The position numbers and the translations under genes were made by a program. A stretch of 64,000 nt of DNA from a virus (lineage: Duplodnaviria > Caudoviricetes): IMG/VR virus record IMGVR_UViG_3300003523_000207, positions 1 through 64,000 of that record; one strand, 5' to 3'. Under the pieces are notes generated by a model, which worked only from the letters and a program-made list of their open reading frames with translations, was not told the DNA's origin and ran no database searches. Shown here piece after piece: positions 55,621 to 64,000 of this stretch (its first letter is position 1; each line of letters begins with the position of its first letter).

Positions 55621-56487
55621 ATGGCAGAAACAGCACAAATTTGCACGATTATGAACTACAAGCTGAACGAGCTGAAGGCAGCACGTCCAAACGACAAGGC
55701 TATCATCGAGGCGTTCCAGACGGCAATGGTTAACAAAGCCGACATCATTTCCCCCAATTCTCGCCGCGCCTTGCTGAAATTTCCGATGCAGTTCGTACAG
55801 CCTATCCGCACCTCCGATGGCGAATGGACTACCCAGCTCCACATTTGGGCGGGTCTGCAGCTGAGAGACTTGCTCCGTATCGACCCAATAGTCCTTACGG
55901 CGAAGGATTCCAACTACGACTCTGTATTGAAGACACTAGTCCAAGCCGCGCTCGGTAAGTCGACACAGGTTGTGAATTACCAGCTAATTGAAGAGTTGCT
56001 GCAGAAGAATATGTGTTACAACGCAGTTACGGTTCCGGGCGATACCGAAAACACCGAACCGGGTAACGCTTGGTATGAACAAGACATCGACGGCAAGACC
56101 GTAGCCGAATATCTGTATGACTATGCATCCGGCGAAGGCGACTTCAAGGGAAATCCCCCAGATGAACATCTGCTCGCCTTGTTCTCTCGATATGCGGACA
56201 CCGCTCTCCACCTCGAAGGCGAAGACATCTCGTTCGGCAAGGTAAAGGAAGACAAACCCAACGAACCCAAAGAAGACGCTCAGACTCCGGAGATGGTTCC
56301 TAACGAAGAAGGTGCCGTCCAGCAAACTGAAAAGCTAGACGACACCGATAGCGCAGTTGAACTCGATGAGAATGGTAACTACAGACCGAAAGAACCGGAG
56401 GAAGGCGAAACCGACGGCAAGGCCAACGGTGACCAGGCCCAGAACCTACTTAAAGTCCTTCTGAAACTCGGCAGCCTTCTGCAGTGA
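55621..56487 (+). CDS. Hypothetical late protein with an acidic C-terminus
   Basis: 288 aa; ATAAACT at 55585-55591. Confidence 0.65.
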   Translation: MAETAQICTIMNYKLNELKAARPNDKAIIEAFQTAMVNKADIISPNSRRALLKFPMQFVQPIRTSDGEWTTQLHIWAGLQLRDLLRIDPIVLTAKDSNYDSVLKTLVQAALGKSTQVVNYQLIEELLQKNMCYNAVTVPGDTENTEPGNAWYEQDIDGKTVAEYLYDYASGEGDFKGNPPDEHLLALFSRYADTALHLEGEDISFGKVKEDKPNEPKEDAQTPEMVPNEEGAVQQTEKLDDTDSAVELDENGNYRPKEPEEGETDGKANGDQAQNLLKVLLKLGSLLQ

Positions 56488-56676
56488 CGCATCGACGGCC
56501 TTCTTCAGGTCTTTGACCTTACTTTCCAAATTAACCTCGGCATCTATGGTATCAAAGATGCCTTTTTTCATAAATTCGACATTCCAGCCACCCTCAATCA
56601 TACGGATCGCCTTGTCCTTGTCGACGTGGAACGTGTCCATAAGTAGCTGGACATCTTCGCTATTTGGATTTACCAT
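56446..56676 (-). CDS. Hypothetical protein
   Basis: 76 aa, last gene of the clamp-loader operon. Confidence 0.55.
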   Translation of the reverse strand: MVNPNSEDVQLLMDTFHVDKDKAIRMIEGGWNVEFMKKGIFDTIDAEVNLESKVKDLKKAVDASLQKAAEFQKDFK

Positions 56677-56896
56677 TTGACCATTCCTCTTTCAATGCTT
56701 GCGGAACGTCCGGAATCTCAAACCAGCAAAACACGGATTCCTTATCGCACATATAGTCGTCACCGTCCGGCGTATCCCAGCACTGGTGGTAATCATTCCA
56801 GCAAGCGAACTCGTTGCCATTGTGATGCGGGAAAATGGCGACCGCTCTGCTGTGGGACGGCAGTTCGTCACTTACTTTCTTCCAAGTCACTTCCAT
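56660..56896 (-). CDS. DUF551-like small phage protein
   Basis: W..VSDELP ... V.CW.EIP.P. Confidence 0.65.
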   Translation of the reverse strand: MEVTWKKVSDELPSHSRAVAIFPHHNGNEFACWNDYHQCWDTPDGDDYMCDKESVFCWFEIPDVPQALKEEWSNGKSK

Positions 56897-57338
56897 TAGG
56901 TTTCACCTCCTTTTTACCCCTCTTGGCCTTCTTCGCCTTCGGAAGAATACCGTTCGTCTTGTACTCATAGAACTCGTTTATCAGATCCATATCGACAAGT
57001 CCGTAACGCTGTAGCATATCGGCCTCAAGCATAGAAACGTCGTAAACGTCCATTATACGTTCTCGTCTTTGATTAACCGCGTTAATCTCCGACGGATATG
57101 CTCGTATATAGCCATCGCTAATTGGCTTCTTGTTGAACCACTCCATTACCTTGGCTTGGGTATGCTTTGACAGCTTGGTGAACTGAATAGTATTGATGGC
57201 GGTTATGGCGTTGATAAGCCCCGGCGTCATCGACAAGGTGTACAGTGCGGCATACGAGTCGAAATCCGCAACGTCGGCTCCGGTTACCGGGTTGCCAAGC
57301 TGTCGGTCGGCTATGAACTTCTTGTGGTCAAACGACAT
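56868..57338 (-). CDS. Clamp loader small subunit (gp62-like)
   Basis: TAATG-coupled to gp44; FDSY.....LSM...LI......N...LSK..Q and I...Y.VS..EA. Confidence 0.6.
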   Translation of the reverse strand: MSFDHKKFIADRQLGNPVTGADVADFDSYAALYTLSMTPGLINAITAINTIQFTKLSKHTQAKVMEWFNKKPISDGYIRAYPSEINAVNQRRERIMDVYDVSMLEADMLQRYGLVDMDLINEFYEYKTNGILPKAKKAKRGKKEVKPNGSDLEESK

Positions 57339-58354
57339 TACTTGGCCTCTTTCTTGGCGGACTGGAGAACCTTCATCACGTTCAGCAAGAATCCCCAAAG
57401 GTTAATCTCTTGATCAACCGCGTGAGCAGACTTGAAGATGTAATCCGCAGTGAGAATTCCGAACGGAAGCAAAACATCTTGCGGCAAGTGTTCAACGGCA
57501 TAGTCGCAGAACGGAGTATAGATGCTGCGAGGGAACTTGACCTGTGCCGAAATATACTGACGGAGCTGGACGACTTGGTAAGTCGTGGTCAAGCGGAAAA
57601 TCTCGGAAATCATCTCACCGCCAACACGAGGGGGTTCACCGGTTATGCTACCACGGTTCTTGTTGAAGATCGACTGCATACAGACAATCATCTGACGGAT
57701 GTCCGGGAAATAGTCGTTAATCAAGCGAACAATCGTGTTCTTGTCAACATTACCGCCAAACGGCTCGGTTTCCTTCTTGGCGATTTCCATCAAATGCTTG
57801 TAAAGGCGATTCTTGTAATCACGGTCTTCAAGAGACGGAACCGTGAACTCGATAGGATGGCATCGTGACACAATGGCATCCGGAATACGCCAGAAATCGT
57901 TCATCGTCAAGATAAAACGTACAGTTCGGGTCTCTTCGGAAATCGTAGACTGGAGGAAACGGAACAGACGGTCGGCATCCTTCGGTTTGTCGGCTTCGTC
58001 GATGATGATAAAGCGCGGCTTTCCGTTGGGCGAGCTGTACATAATGTACTCCTCGATGGAGTCCATAATTTCGCTATCCTTCGTACACTTGAAGAACTTG
58101 CTGTCAACACCGAGCATTTCCGGAATGGCCTTCGCAAGGGATGTCTTACCAGTTCCCGGAGCACCAGAATGGAAAATGTAGTCGGTCAGAGAATTGTTCT
58201 CCAGAGCAAACTCGATTTCATTATGGATGTCGGTCGGTAATATAATACCAGTAAGGTCGTGACCTTCGTACCTTTTAGTCCAAGGTTCAGTCTTGCGGAT
58301 TTCAGCTCCGATTCCGCTTTCGTCGTTAAATTCAGTGTTTCCAAGAGAGATCAT
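57338..58354 (-). CDS. gp44: Clamp loader ATPase subunit (gp44/RFC-like)
   Basis: PW..RY, GAPGTGKTS, IIIDEAD, RFILT.N, SRC, FPDIR, DQEIN. Confidence 0.9.
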   Translation of the reverse strand: MISLGNTEFNDESGIGAEIRKTEPWTKRYEGHDLTGIILPTDIHNEIEFALENNSLTDYIFHSGAPGTGKTSLAKAIPEMLGVDSKFFKCTKDSEIMDSIEEYIMYSSPNGKPRFIIIDEADKPKDADRLFRFLQSTISEETRTVRFILTMNDFWRIPDAIVSRCHPIEFTVPSLEDRDYKNRLYKHLMEIAKKETEPFGGNVDKNTIVRLINDYFPDIRQMIVCMQSIFNKNRGSITGEPPRVGGEMISEIFRLTTTYQVVQLRQYISAQVKFPRSIYTPFCDYAVEHLPQDVLLPFGILTADYIFKSAHAVDQEINLWGFLLNVMKVLQSAKKEAK

Positions 58355-58368
58355 TATAAACTCCTAGT

Positions 58369-58692
58369 ATGTCGAAGGTTAATTTCTATTCCTATGTTTC
58401 ATCGCTTTCGAGCGATTGCGGCAAGGCGGCAAAGTCCTTGTACGAACAAGTGTGTTCAGATGTCAACCCAAAGCAACCCATTCCGCAGCCTCGTACTTGT
58501 ACCGACGAGCTTGACGAGAACGAATACTTCGACAAGCAGACGGTCTCCGACAAGGCACTGGCACGTTGCCACGCAGCCAAGCAAGGCGCAAAGGTCGCTG
58601 TATATCCGTCAGCTGGGCGCACTTCCCTCGGCATTATGGGAAACGGTTTCCCGGAGAATGTTTCTGCGGATACCAGCACGGCCAACTCCTAA
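58369..58692 (+). CDS. Small hypothetical late protein
   Basis: 107 aa; TATAAACT 6 nt before the ATG; fills the gap in the minus-strand operon. Confidence 0.55.
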   Translation: MSKVNFYSYVSSLSSDCGKAAKSLYEQVCSDVNPKQPIPQPRTCTDELDENEYFDKQTVSDKALARCHAAKQGAKVAVYPSAGRTSLGIMGNGFPENVSADTSTANS

Positions 58693-59204
58693 TTCTCGAT
58701 CTTGCGGTTACGACCAGACGTACACTTGATGCACTTTCCGCAGAACGGCAGAATCCAGCCAAGCGTCTGGTATTCGGCCTTCCTACCGCAGACGCAGCAC
58801 GTTTTACCGCTCTCCGCGCTCATACGGTTAAAGATTTCGTCGATTTCATCGTAGCAGTCGGAATTGTCCATACCGGAGTAGTAGATGCGAGCCTCGCCCC
58901 ACTTCTCCTTCGATTCGACAATTATCAACTTGTTCAACTGGCCATACTTAACCAAGACGGTCTTGACTTCTCTCAGATACTTCACAATCAGCTTGTGCCA
59001 GCCGCATGGAAAGTTGTCCAAGTGAGTCCAGGTATAGTCATAGCTCGTGTCAAACGAACCGTCCCAATTCAAAGGTCGCAAGAACGGAAGTTCCTCAAGC
59101 AGCTTCTTGTTACGACGGCGACGAAACCAGTTGTTCACGACTTTGCCCAGCTTGGAATACAAAATCCGAATGAGAGCCTTTTCTACTATAGTCTTCATAA
59201 TCAT
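58689..59204 (-). CDS. Conserved phage hypothetical protein with a Zn ribbon
   Basis: P.GW..L, KEKWG..RIY, TC.VCG...GWI...C..C. Confidence 0.7.
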   Translation of the reverse strand: MIMKTIVEKALIRILYSKLGKVVNNWFRRRRNKKLLEELPFLRPLNWDGSFDTSYDYTWTHLDNFPCGWHKLIVKYLREVKTVLVKYGQLNKLIIVESKEKWGEARIYYSGMDNSDCYDEIDEIFNRMSAESGKTCCVCGRKAEYQTLGWILPFCGKCIKCTSGRNRKIEN

Positions 59205-62167
59205 TAGAAATACTCCAGCATAAAGTCACTTTCGTCATATTCCAGCTGTTCATCCCAGCCGACTGCTTCAAAAAGTCTTCCAAGAATCTGGGCGACGCTT
59301 GTCTTCCAGTGTTCTTCCCAGTCCGGATGGAAGATTTCGAGCAGTCTCTGCGGACATTCTTCACCTGTATAGCAGATGATAGAGACACCGAACAGCTTGT
59401 CGGCTTTCTTGATGAAACGGATCTTGGAGCCAGCCGCAACCGGTTCGTAGGTGTGCTTGGACAGTTCAGGGTCGTGCAGAATCAAGTAGTTCCAAACGGA
59501 CGCGCCTTGGCAACGCCATTCGTACTTGTTCGCGAGCTTTTCCTCGGTCGTCATCTTTTCAAGGACTTCGAACGGAGGCGGAGCCGTCTTGACGCCGCTC
59601 GGACAAGCGATGTAGTTGATGTTATCCTCGGCGACCGCCTTGAAGAATTCCTTCTTCATTTCCAGCAAGCGGTTACGAACCTTTGTACGGTCAAGGCCGT
59701 CCATCATCAAGTCCACCATTTCCATCATACGGTCACGACCGAACATAGCGGTAGAGCTACGGACGAGTTCAAGACCGGTGATAGCGTATTCTGGCTTGAC
59801 CGACAAGTCGCCCTGAATCCACTTGCCGTTTTCCTTGTGTCCCTTGTCAAGGTAGACGATATCTTCCATCGACTCGACCAAGCAGATGTACTTTTTCTTC
59901 GCCGTAACGATGGCCTTGTATATGCACTTCTCGCGCTTGAGGAACAACTCGTTGGTGAGGTAGTTCCACTTGTTGGCGTAAGCAAGCATATACTTGTCAA
60001 GTTCCTCTTCAAGAATGCAAGCGTCAAGAATACGGCAGAAGTCTGTCAGGCGGTAGCGGTTATAAATAACTCTATGATCGCCACAGAAATAGATACCGTC
60101 GGCAAACGTAATCTGGCATTTGGTGAATCCAGTATGTTCATCCGGAGTACGCATTTCCTTAGATGTCCATCCGTCCTTATCGTACTTGAGGCACATCTTG
60201 TTGAAGAACTTCTTGGAATCCATTTCGTGGTCGTTATCGAACTTCTCGTGCTCGACAAGCTCGTGACCCTTGAAGACCAGAACCGAAGTACCAGTCCCCT
60301 GCTTCTGTCTGAACGGTTCGTAGATGTCGCCGAACTTGACGAAGAAGGAGTCCGTATCACCGTGGCTCATTCGCTTGTAGTTAATTTCACCAGTCTTCAG
60401 GTCTTCGAACGTGCCGACCAGTTCGTGGTCGATTTCCGGACGATAGCCGAACACGTTGTAGAAGCGGTCATCCGTACTGATATCATTGTTGATGTATTCA
60501 GCCAGACACTCAATGGTGAACTTAATAAGACGCTGGCCATAAGCCGTAATCGAAGCGGCGTTGTCCACGTCATACAGAGCGAAGTAGATGGAACCGAGAA
60601 GACCGTACAGAGAGTTGCCCAAAACCTTGTACACCTTCTGCATCATATCGAAGACCGACGCGCTTTCCATATCGCCAGCCTTCTTGGCCTTCTTCATCTG
60701 CTTTTTCAAGTTGGAACGACCGTCGAACAACAGACGAGTAACTTCCGGTACGACACCAATCTTGTCCTTGCGGAAGTAGACTTGGTAGCGTCCATTGTGG
60801 TCCCAAGGAGACTTGATAAGATTCTTGCGTTCTTCCTCAGTCAGCACATAATCAATCGGGAACGTGACCTTCATTTCCGGAGAGGTATTGAAAGTCATCA
60901 TAATCGACGGATATAGTGAACGGTAGTCATACGAAACCAAGTATTCCTTGTAGCCCGGAACGGAGTAAACGAAAGCACCGGGGAACTCTTCCTTGGTCTG
61001 GGTCTTGTACGGAGGGAACACGCGTCCAGTATGATGCAAGTGATCCAGCACGAAGCCAGTCAGCATCTTCTTGGACTCAAACACGAACGAAACCGGAACA
61101 CGAGCGGCTGCAGCCGAGGTAACGGCCAGCTTGAACATCTGGGTCTTATCGTTAATGAGTTCCAGAAGTTCCACGTCGATAAAGTTATACACTACATAGT
61201 CAGACCAGTGTTTAATCCAAGACTGGTAGCCGTCAGGAAGCGGAGCCTTGTGCTGACCGACGACCTTTCCACCAATATAGTCCAACTTATAAGAAGATTC
61301 TTCGGAGAACGTATATTTCTTGTACAAGGCAAGGAAGTCGATAACTTCCGTACCGTTGATGACAAGTTCATTCTCCTTGTTCAAATAGGCGTGCTTGTTA
61401 TGTCCACGCATTCTGGACATCAAGTCTAGGGACAACTGCTGTGCGCGAGGAAGACCTTCGTTAAGCTTCTTGATACGAGTGGCCATATACACGGTATCGT
61501 ACCCGAAGTTCCAACCGGAAAGGATGTCCACATCGTTCGAACCGATGCAATACATCACCTTCGAAATAAGGTCAGCTTCGCTACTGCACAAAACATATTC
61601 GCAATTCTTGGATCGTAAAAACTCTTTCGACTTTTCGTCGATATCGCGCTGCAAGCCGAACGTATAACGCTTCTTACCTTTCGAGAACGATAGGGTAACT
61701 ACGTTGATTGGGTACAACGCCTCGACCGGCGCGGAGAATCGTCCGGTGGTGGCGTTTTCAATATCCATAAAGCACAGATTGATGTCCTCCATCTTCGGGG
61801 ACATCATACCAGCGTCTTTATAATGGTCTTGTAGGAAACGGCATCGCGGGTCGATATCGATTTCCGCGAGGTTGTTGTTCGGTCCGCTATGATCATGGCG
61901 GATGCGCTTTTCAAATTCGTAGGCAGACAATCCTTCGCGCTTCTTGATTTCAATCTTGTAGACATCTTGGTCCCAGATGTTCTTCATTCCGCATTCGATG
62001 GCATTGTACTGACCCTTAATGGTTGTGTAAAACTCGTGTTTTACCGGCACAGCGTCAAAAGTACCGTCAACGTACCATACGTACATACGGTCGTTATCGG
62101 TGTCGTGGTAGACCGAGCGGTACATCGGTCTCACTGGGGTTTTCTGTTCTTCGTTTACTACGGGCAT
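59204..62167 (-). CDS. gp43: Family B DNA polymerase (T4 gp43-like)
   Basis: Exonuclease DIE, SGWN..YD, YN..DV; polymerase DYRSLYPSI, K..GNSLYG, HGDTDS, KKKY, GLE.VRS; probable start MPVVNEE. Confidence 0.95.
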   Translation of the reverse strand: MPVVNEEQKTPVRPMYRSVYHDTDNDRMYVWYVDGTFDAVPVKHEFYTTIKGQYNAIECGMKNIWDQDVYKIEIKKREGLSAYEFEKRIRHDHSGPNNNLAEIDIDPRCRFLQDHYKDAGMMSPKMEDINLCFMDIENATTGRFSAPVEALYPINVVTLSFSKGKKRYTFGLQRDIDEKSKEFLRSKNCEYVLCSSEADLISKVMYCIGSNDVDILSGWNFGYDTVYMATRIKKLNEGLPRAQQLSLDLMSRMRGHNKHAYLNKENELVINGTEVIDFLALYKKYTFSEESSYKLDYIGGKVVGQHKAPLPDGYQSWIKHWSDYVVYNFIDVELLELINDKTQMFKLAVTSAAAARVPVSFVFESKKMLTGFVLDHLHHTGRVFPPYKTQTKEEFPGAFVYSVPGYKEYLVSYDYRSLYPSIMMTFNTSPEMKVTFPIDYVLTEEERKNLIKSPWDHNGRYQVYFRKDKIGVVPEVTRLLFDGRSNLKKQMKKAKKAGDMESASVFDMMQKVYKVLGNSLYGLLGSIYFALYDVDNAASITAYGQRLIKFTIECLAEYINNDISTDDRFYNVFGYRPEIDHELVGTFEDLKTGEINYKRMSHGDTDSFFVKFGDIYEPFRQKQGTGTSVLVFKGHELVEHEKFDNDHEMDSKKFFNKMCLKYDKDGWTSKEMRTPDEHTGFTKCQITFADGIYFCGDHRVIYNRYRLTDFCRILDACILEEELDKYMLAYANKWNYLTNELFLKREKCIYKAIVTAKKKYICLVESMEDIVYLDKGHKENGKWIQGDLSVKPEYAITGLELVRSSTAMFGRDRMMEMVDLMMDGLDRTKVRNRLLEMKKEFFKAVAEDNINYIACPSGVKTAPPPFEVLEKMTTEEKLANKYEWRCQGASVWNYLILHDPELSKHTYEPVAAGSKIRFIKKADKLFGVSIICYTGEECPQRLLEIFHPDWEEHWKTSVAQILGRLFEAVGWDEQLEYDESDFMLEYF

Positions 62168-62234
62168 AAGGGTTTCTGAATGGGTTGAAGTTAGCAATAA
62201 GGAGTTTGAATTGCAAATTATACGATTAAACGAC

Positions 62235-62259
62235 AAAAACCGCCATTTCTGACGGTTTT
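62235..62259 (-). terminator. Intrinsic terminator
   Basis: AAAACCGTCA-gaaa-TGGCGGTTTT. Confidence 0.65.
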
Positions 62260-62277
62260 CGCAAAATTTTCTGGATA

Positions 62278-62880
62278 TTACTTACCGGTTAAGTAAGACG
62301 AAATCTGGTCGAATTCTTTCAAGATCTTGGTCGTATCGGCCTTGGACTTGGCATCCACTCCGAGCTTTTCGACACCCTTCTTGAAGAGGTCAATTCGCTT
62401 CTGGATATCGCAACCCTTGGCGAACTTCTTGTTGGACTTGGCTTCGCCTTCTTGAGCGGTAGCGGCAGACTTGGCAGCCTTGTCGAACTCACCACCCTTA
62501 CCAGCTTCAGGAGCCTTTTCGGCCTTCACTTCGGCTTCGGCGTTGACTTCAACAACCTGTTCCTTCTTTTTCTTGTCGTCTACCTCGACCTTCTCCACAA
62601 GCTTTCCGTCATCCTTCTTCTCGGTAGAAGTCTTCGGTGCTGCCTTGGTAAGCTTCGGGTCGGGAGCGGTTTTTGCCTTTCCAACCTTGTTAGAGTCTGT
62701 TGCAACGCCATCGCTCTTAGACCAGCTTTCGAGGTCAATCTGAACGCCATCAAACGTGCAGACAGACTCTACGACCGGCTTCGGGTTCTTGACGATGCTA
62801 TACGGTTCATCATCGATAGGTTCAGCCGCGACCGCATCGATTAGACCCTGGAATTTATCTTCGTCAGTTACGTGGAACAT
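62278..62880 (-). CDS. K/E/A-rich hypothetical late protein
   Basis: 200 aa; TATAAACT at 62914-62921. Confidence 0.65.
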   Translation of the reverse strand: MFHVTDEDKFQGLIDAVAAEPIDDEPYSIVKNPKPVVESVCTFDGVQIDLESWSKSDGVATDSNKVGKAKTAPDPKLTKAAPKTSTEKKDDGKLVEKVEVDDKKKKEQVVEVNAEAEVKAEKAPEAGKGGEFDKAAKSAATAQEGEAKSNKKFAKGCDIQKRIDLFKKGVEKLGVDAKSKADTTKILKEFDQISSYLTGK

Positions 62881-62976
62881 ATTGGTACCTACTATAATGT
62901 TCGTTTAACTAAGAGTTTATACCTTGGTCATTTTTTCGTTCTCCTGATAAACTACAAGCATACTGCGAGGTCAAAA

Positions 62977-63564
62977 ATGCTATTTAACGGAATTTACGAC
63001 AATACTATCAATGTCCCCAAGAAGTCGGTTATGGATGACAGCCAGCCGCAGTATCTGAAGACGCTTGAGAAAGAATCTGGGAAAAGTGGAAACGAAGTGA
63101 AAGTCGAGCTTGACGAGCAAGAACGCATCGCCAACGACAAAGTTATGCAAGAACCTCCCAGTATGAACGATAGCGAGGATATTAACTCGAAAATCAAGGA
63201 TATGGGCTTCGAACAGCTGCTTGATATCTACAAGAACGGCGAACACGAAGGCGATACCGACGAAATCACCTATGAAGACCTAGTCGCACAAAATCCAGAA
63301 ACGCCGGGGTTCGGTGACCCCAATATCAACCTTTTTACGCCACAAGAACAACCCTTGTATCAGCAAGTGCAAGACGACATTGACAAGATTAACGCCGAAA
63401 ACCCCACCGAACCCGAAGAAGATATAGCACCCCTTGGTATGGAGGAACTGGGCGAAATCGCGGAAGGCGACGGCAGCGATGTCGAGATGCCCAACGATTC
63501 AGAACCGACCGGTGCGCCTCCTACTGAATCAGAACCTGAACCCATTGAAGGATTTGACTTTTGA
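62977..63564 (+). CDS. Highly acidic hypothetical late protein
   Basis: Probable start MLFNG with a GAGG RBS; ATAAACT at 62947-62953. Confidence 0.65.
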   Translation: MLFNGIYDNTINVPKKSVMDDSQPQYLKTLEKESGKSGNEVKVELDEQERIANDKVMQEPPSMNDSEDINSKIKDMGFEQLLDIYKNGEHEGDTDEITYEDLVAQNPETPGFGDPNINLFTPQEQPLYQQVQDDIDKINAENPTEPEEDIAPLGMEELGEIAEGDGSDVEMPNDSEPTGAPPTESEPEPIEGFDF

Positions 63565-63566
63565 AC

Positions 63567-63600
63567 AAAAAGCCGAGCGTTTCGCTCGGCCTTCTTTTTT
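63567..63600. terminator. Bidirectional intrinsic terminator
   Basis: AAAAAGCCGAGCG-ttt-CGCTCGGC-CTTCTTTTTT. Confidence 0.75.
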
Positions 63601-64000
63601 AAGCTTGGTAGCAGCACTTTCGGAGGAACAATCCGTTTCCGTATACCATCATCAAGCGGTTGGCTTCCTTGTTGTAGAGGAGGTCGAGCTTGGGACAGCC
63701 AGACTTGCGGATCATCATAGTGAGCACGTCCATCGGAACTTCAATGTCCATTTCGTCGACATCGAGGGTCACGTTACCGACAGTCAAGTTCACGTCCATA
63801 CGGTCAGTATTAACCGTCTCGATACCGAGCAATCCGTCGTTAACCTTGTACAACTTCACGAGACCAGTCGGGTCGGTGCTGTGGATGTTGAAGTAAGTAC
63901 CGATAGCGGCTGCGATTGCGTCAGACATAATCGTGAACTGGCGAACCATACCGTCGTTATTGAAAGTCTTCAAAGCCCCGTCGGTAAAATCGCAGAACAA
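63599..64000 (-). CDS. C-terminal part of a protein, possibly the sliding clamp (gp45-like)
   Basis: Open to the window edge; alpha/beta pattern and proximity to gp43/gp44 only. Confidence 0.35.
   Translation of the reverse strand: MFCDFTDGALKTFNNDGMVRQFTIMSDAIAAAIGTYFNIHSTDPTGLVKLYKVNDGLLGIETVNTDRMDVNLTVGNVTLDVDEMDIEVPMDVLTMMIRKSGCPKLDLLYNKEANRLMMVYGNGLFLRKCCYQA

Noticed and set aside
1-64000. Stop-codon reassignment as in some jumbo phages
   Set aside because: Core genes are full length in code 11, and TAG, TGA and TAA all end genes at sensible positions

Overview
The window is a gene-dense segment of a large T4-superfamily (jumbo-type) myophage, read in the standard genetic code, with about 50% GC and no tRNA, rRNA or CRISPR array seen. 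Virion and packaging genes: tail fibres, baseplate, tape measure, tail tube, a very long sheath, TerL, probable TerS and gp4. Replication and recombination genes: family B polymerase, clamp loader, gp47, UvsY and probably the clamp. Other genes: anaerobic RNR (nrdD/nrdG), a sigma70-type factor, IF-1, an Hsp20, a (p)ppGpp-hydrolase-like HD protein, a C5 DNA methyltransferase and several glycosyltransferase/Glf-like proteins. nrdDG points to an anaerobic host; a Fibrobacter-like host is only an inference from recalled IF-1 and phosphatase resemblance. Two TnpB-only transposons have ends that can be mapped to the base: an IS200/IS605-type element (8674-10127) and an IS607-type element (40388-42007) that recreates the tape-measure stop codon. 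The most interesting signal is a two-hairpin kissing-loop plus terminator leader RNA with compensatory base changes, present both upstream of nrdG and inside the IS607 element upstream of tnpB. Also notable are apparent pseudoenzymes (Glf-like, amidase-like, GT-B-like), a recurrent (T)ATAAACT late-promoter motif, tandem NrdR-like boxes, an apparent CCWGG depletion and a candidate +1 frameshift in a tail chaperone. All family calls are from motif recognition by eye, not from database searches.
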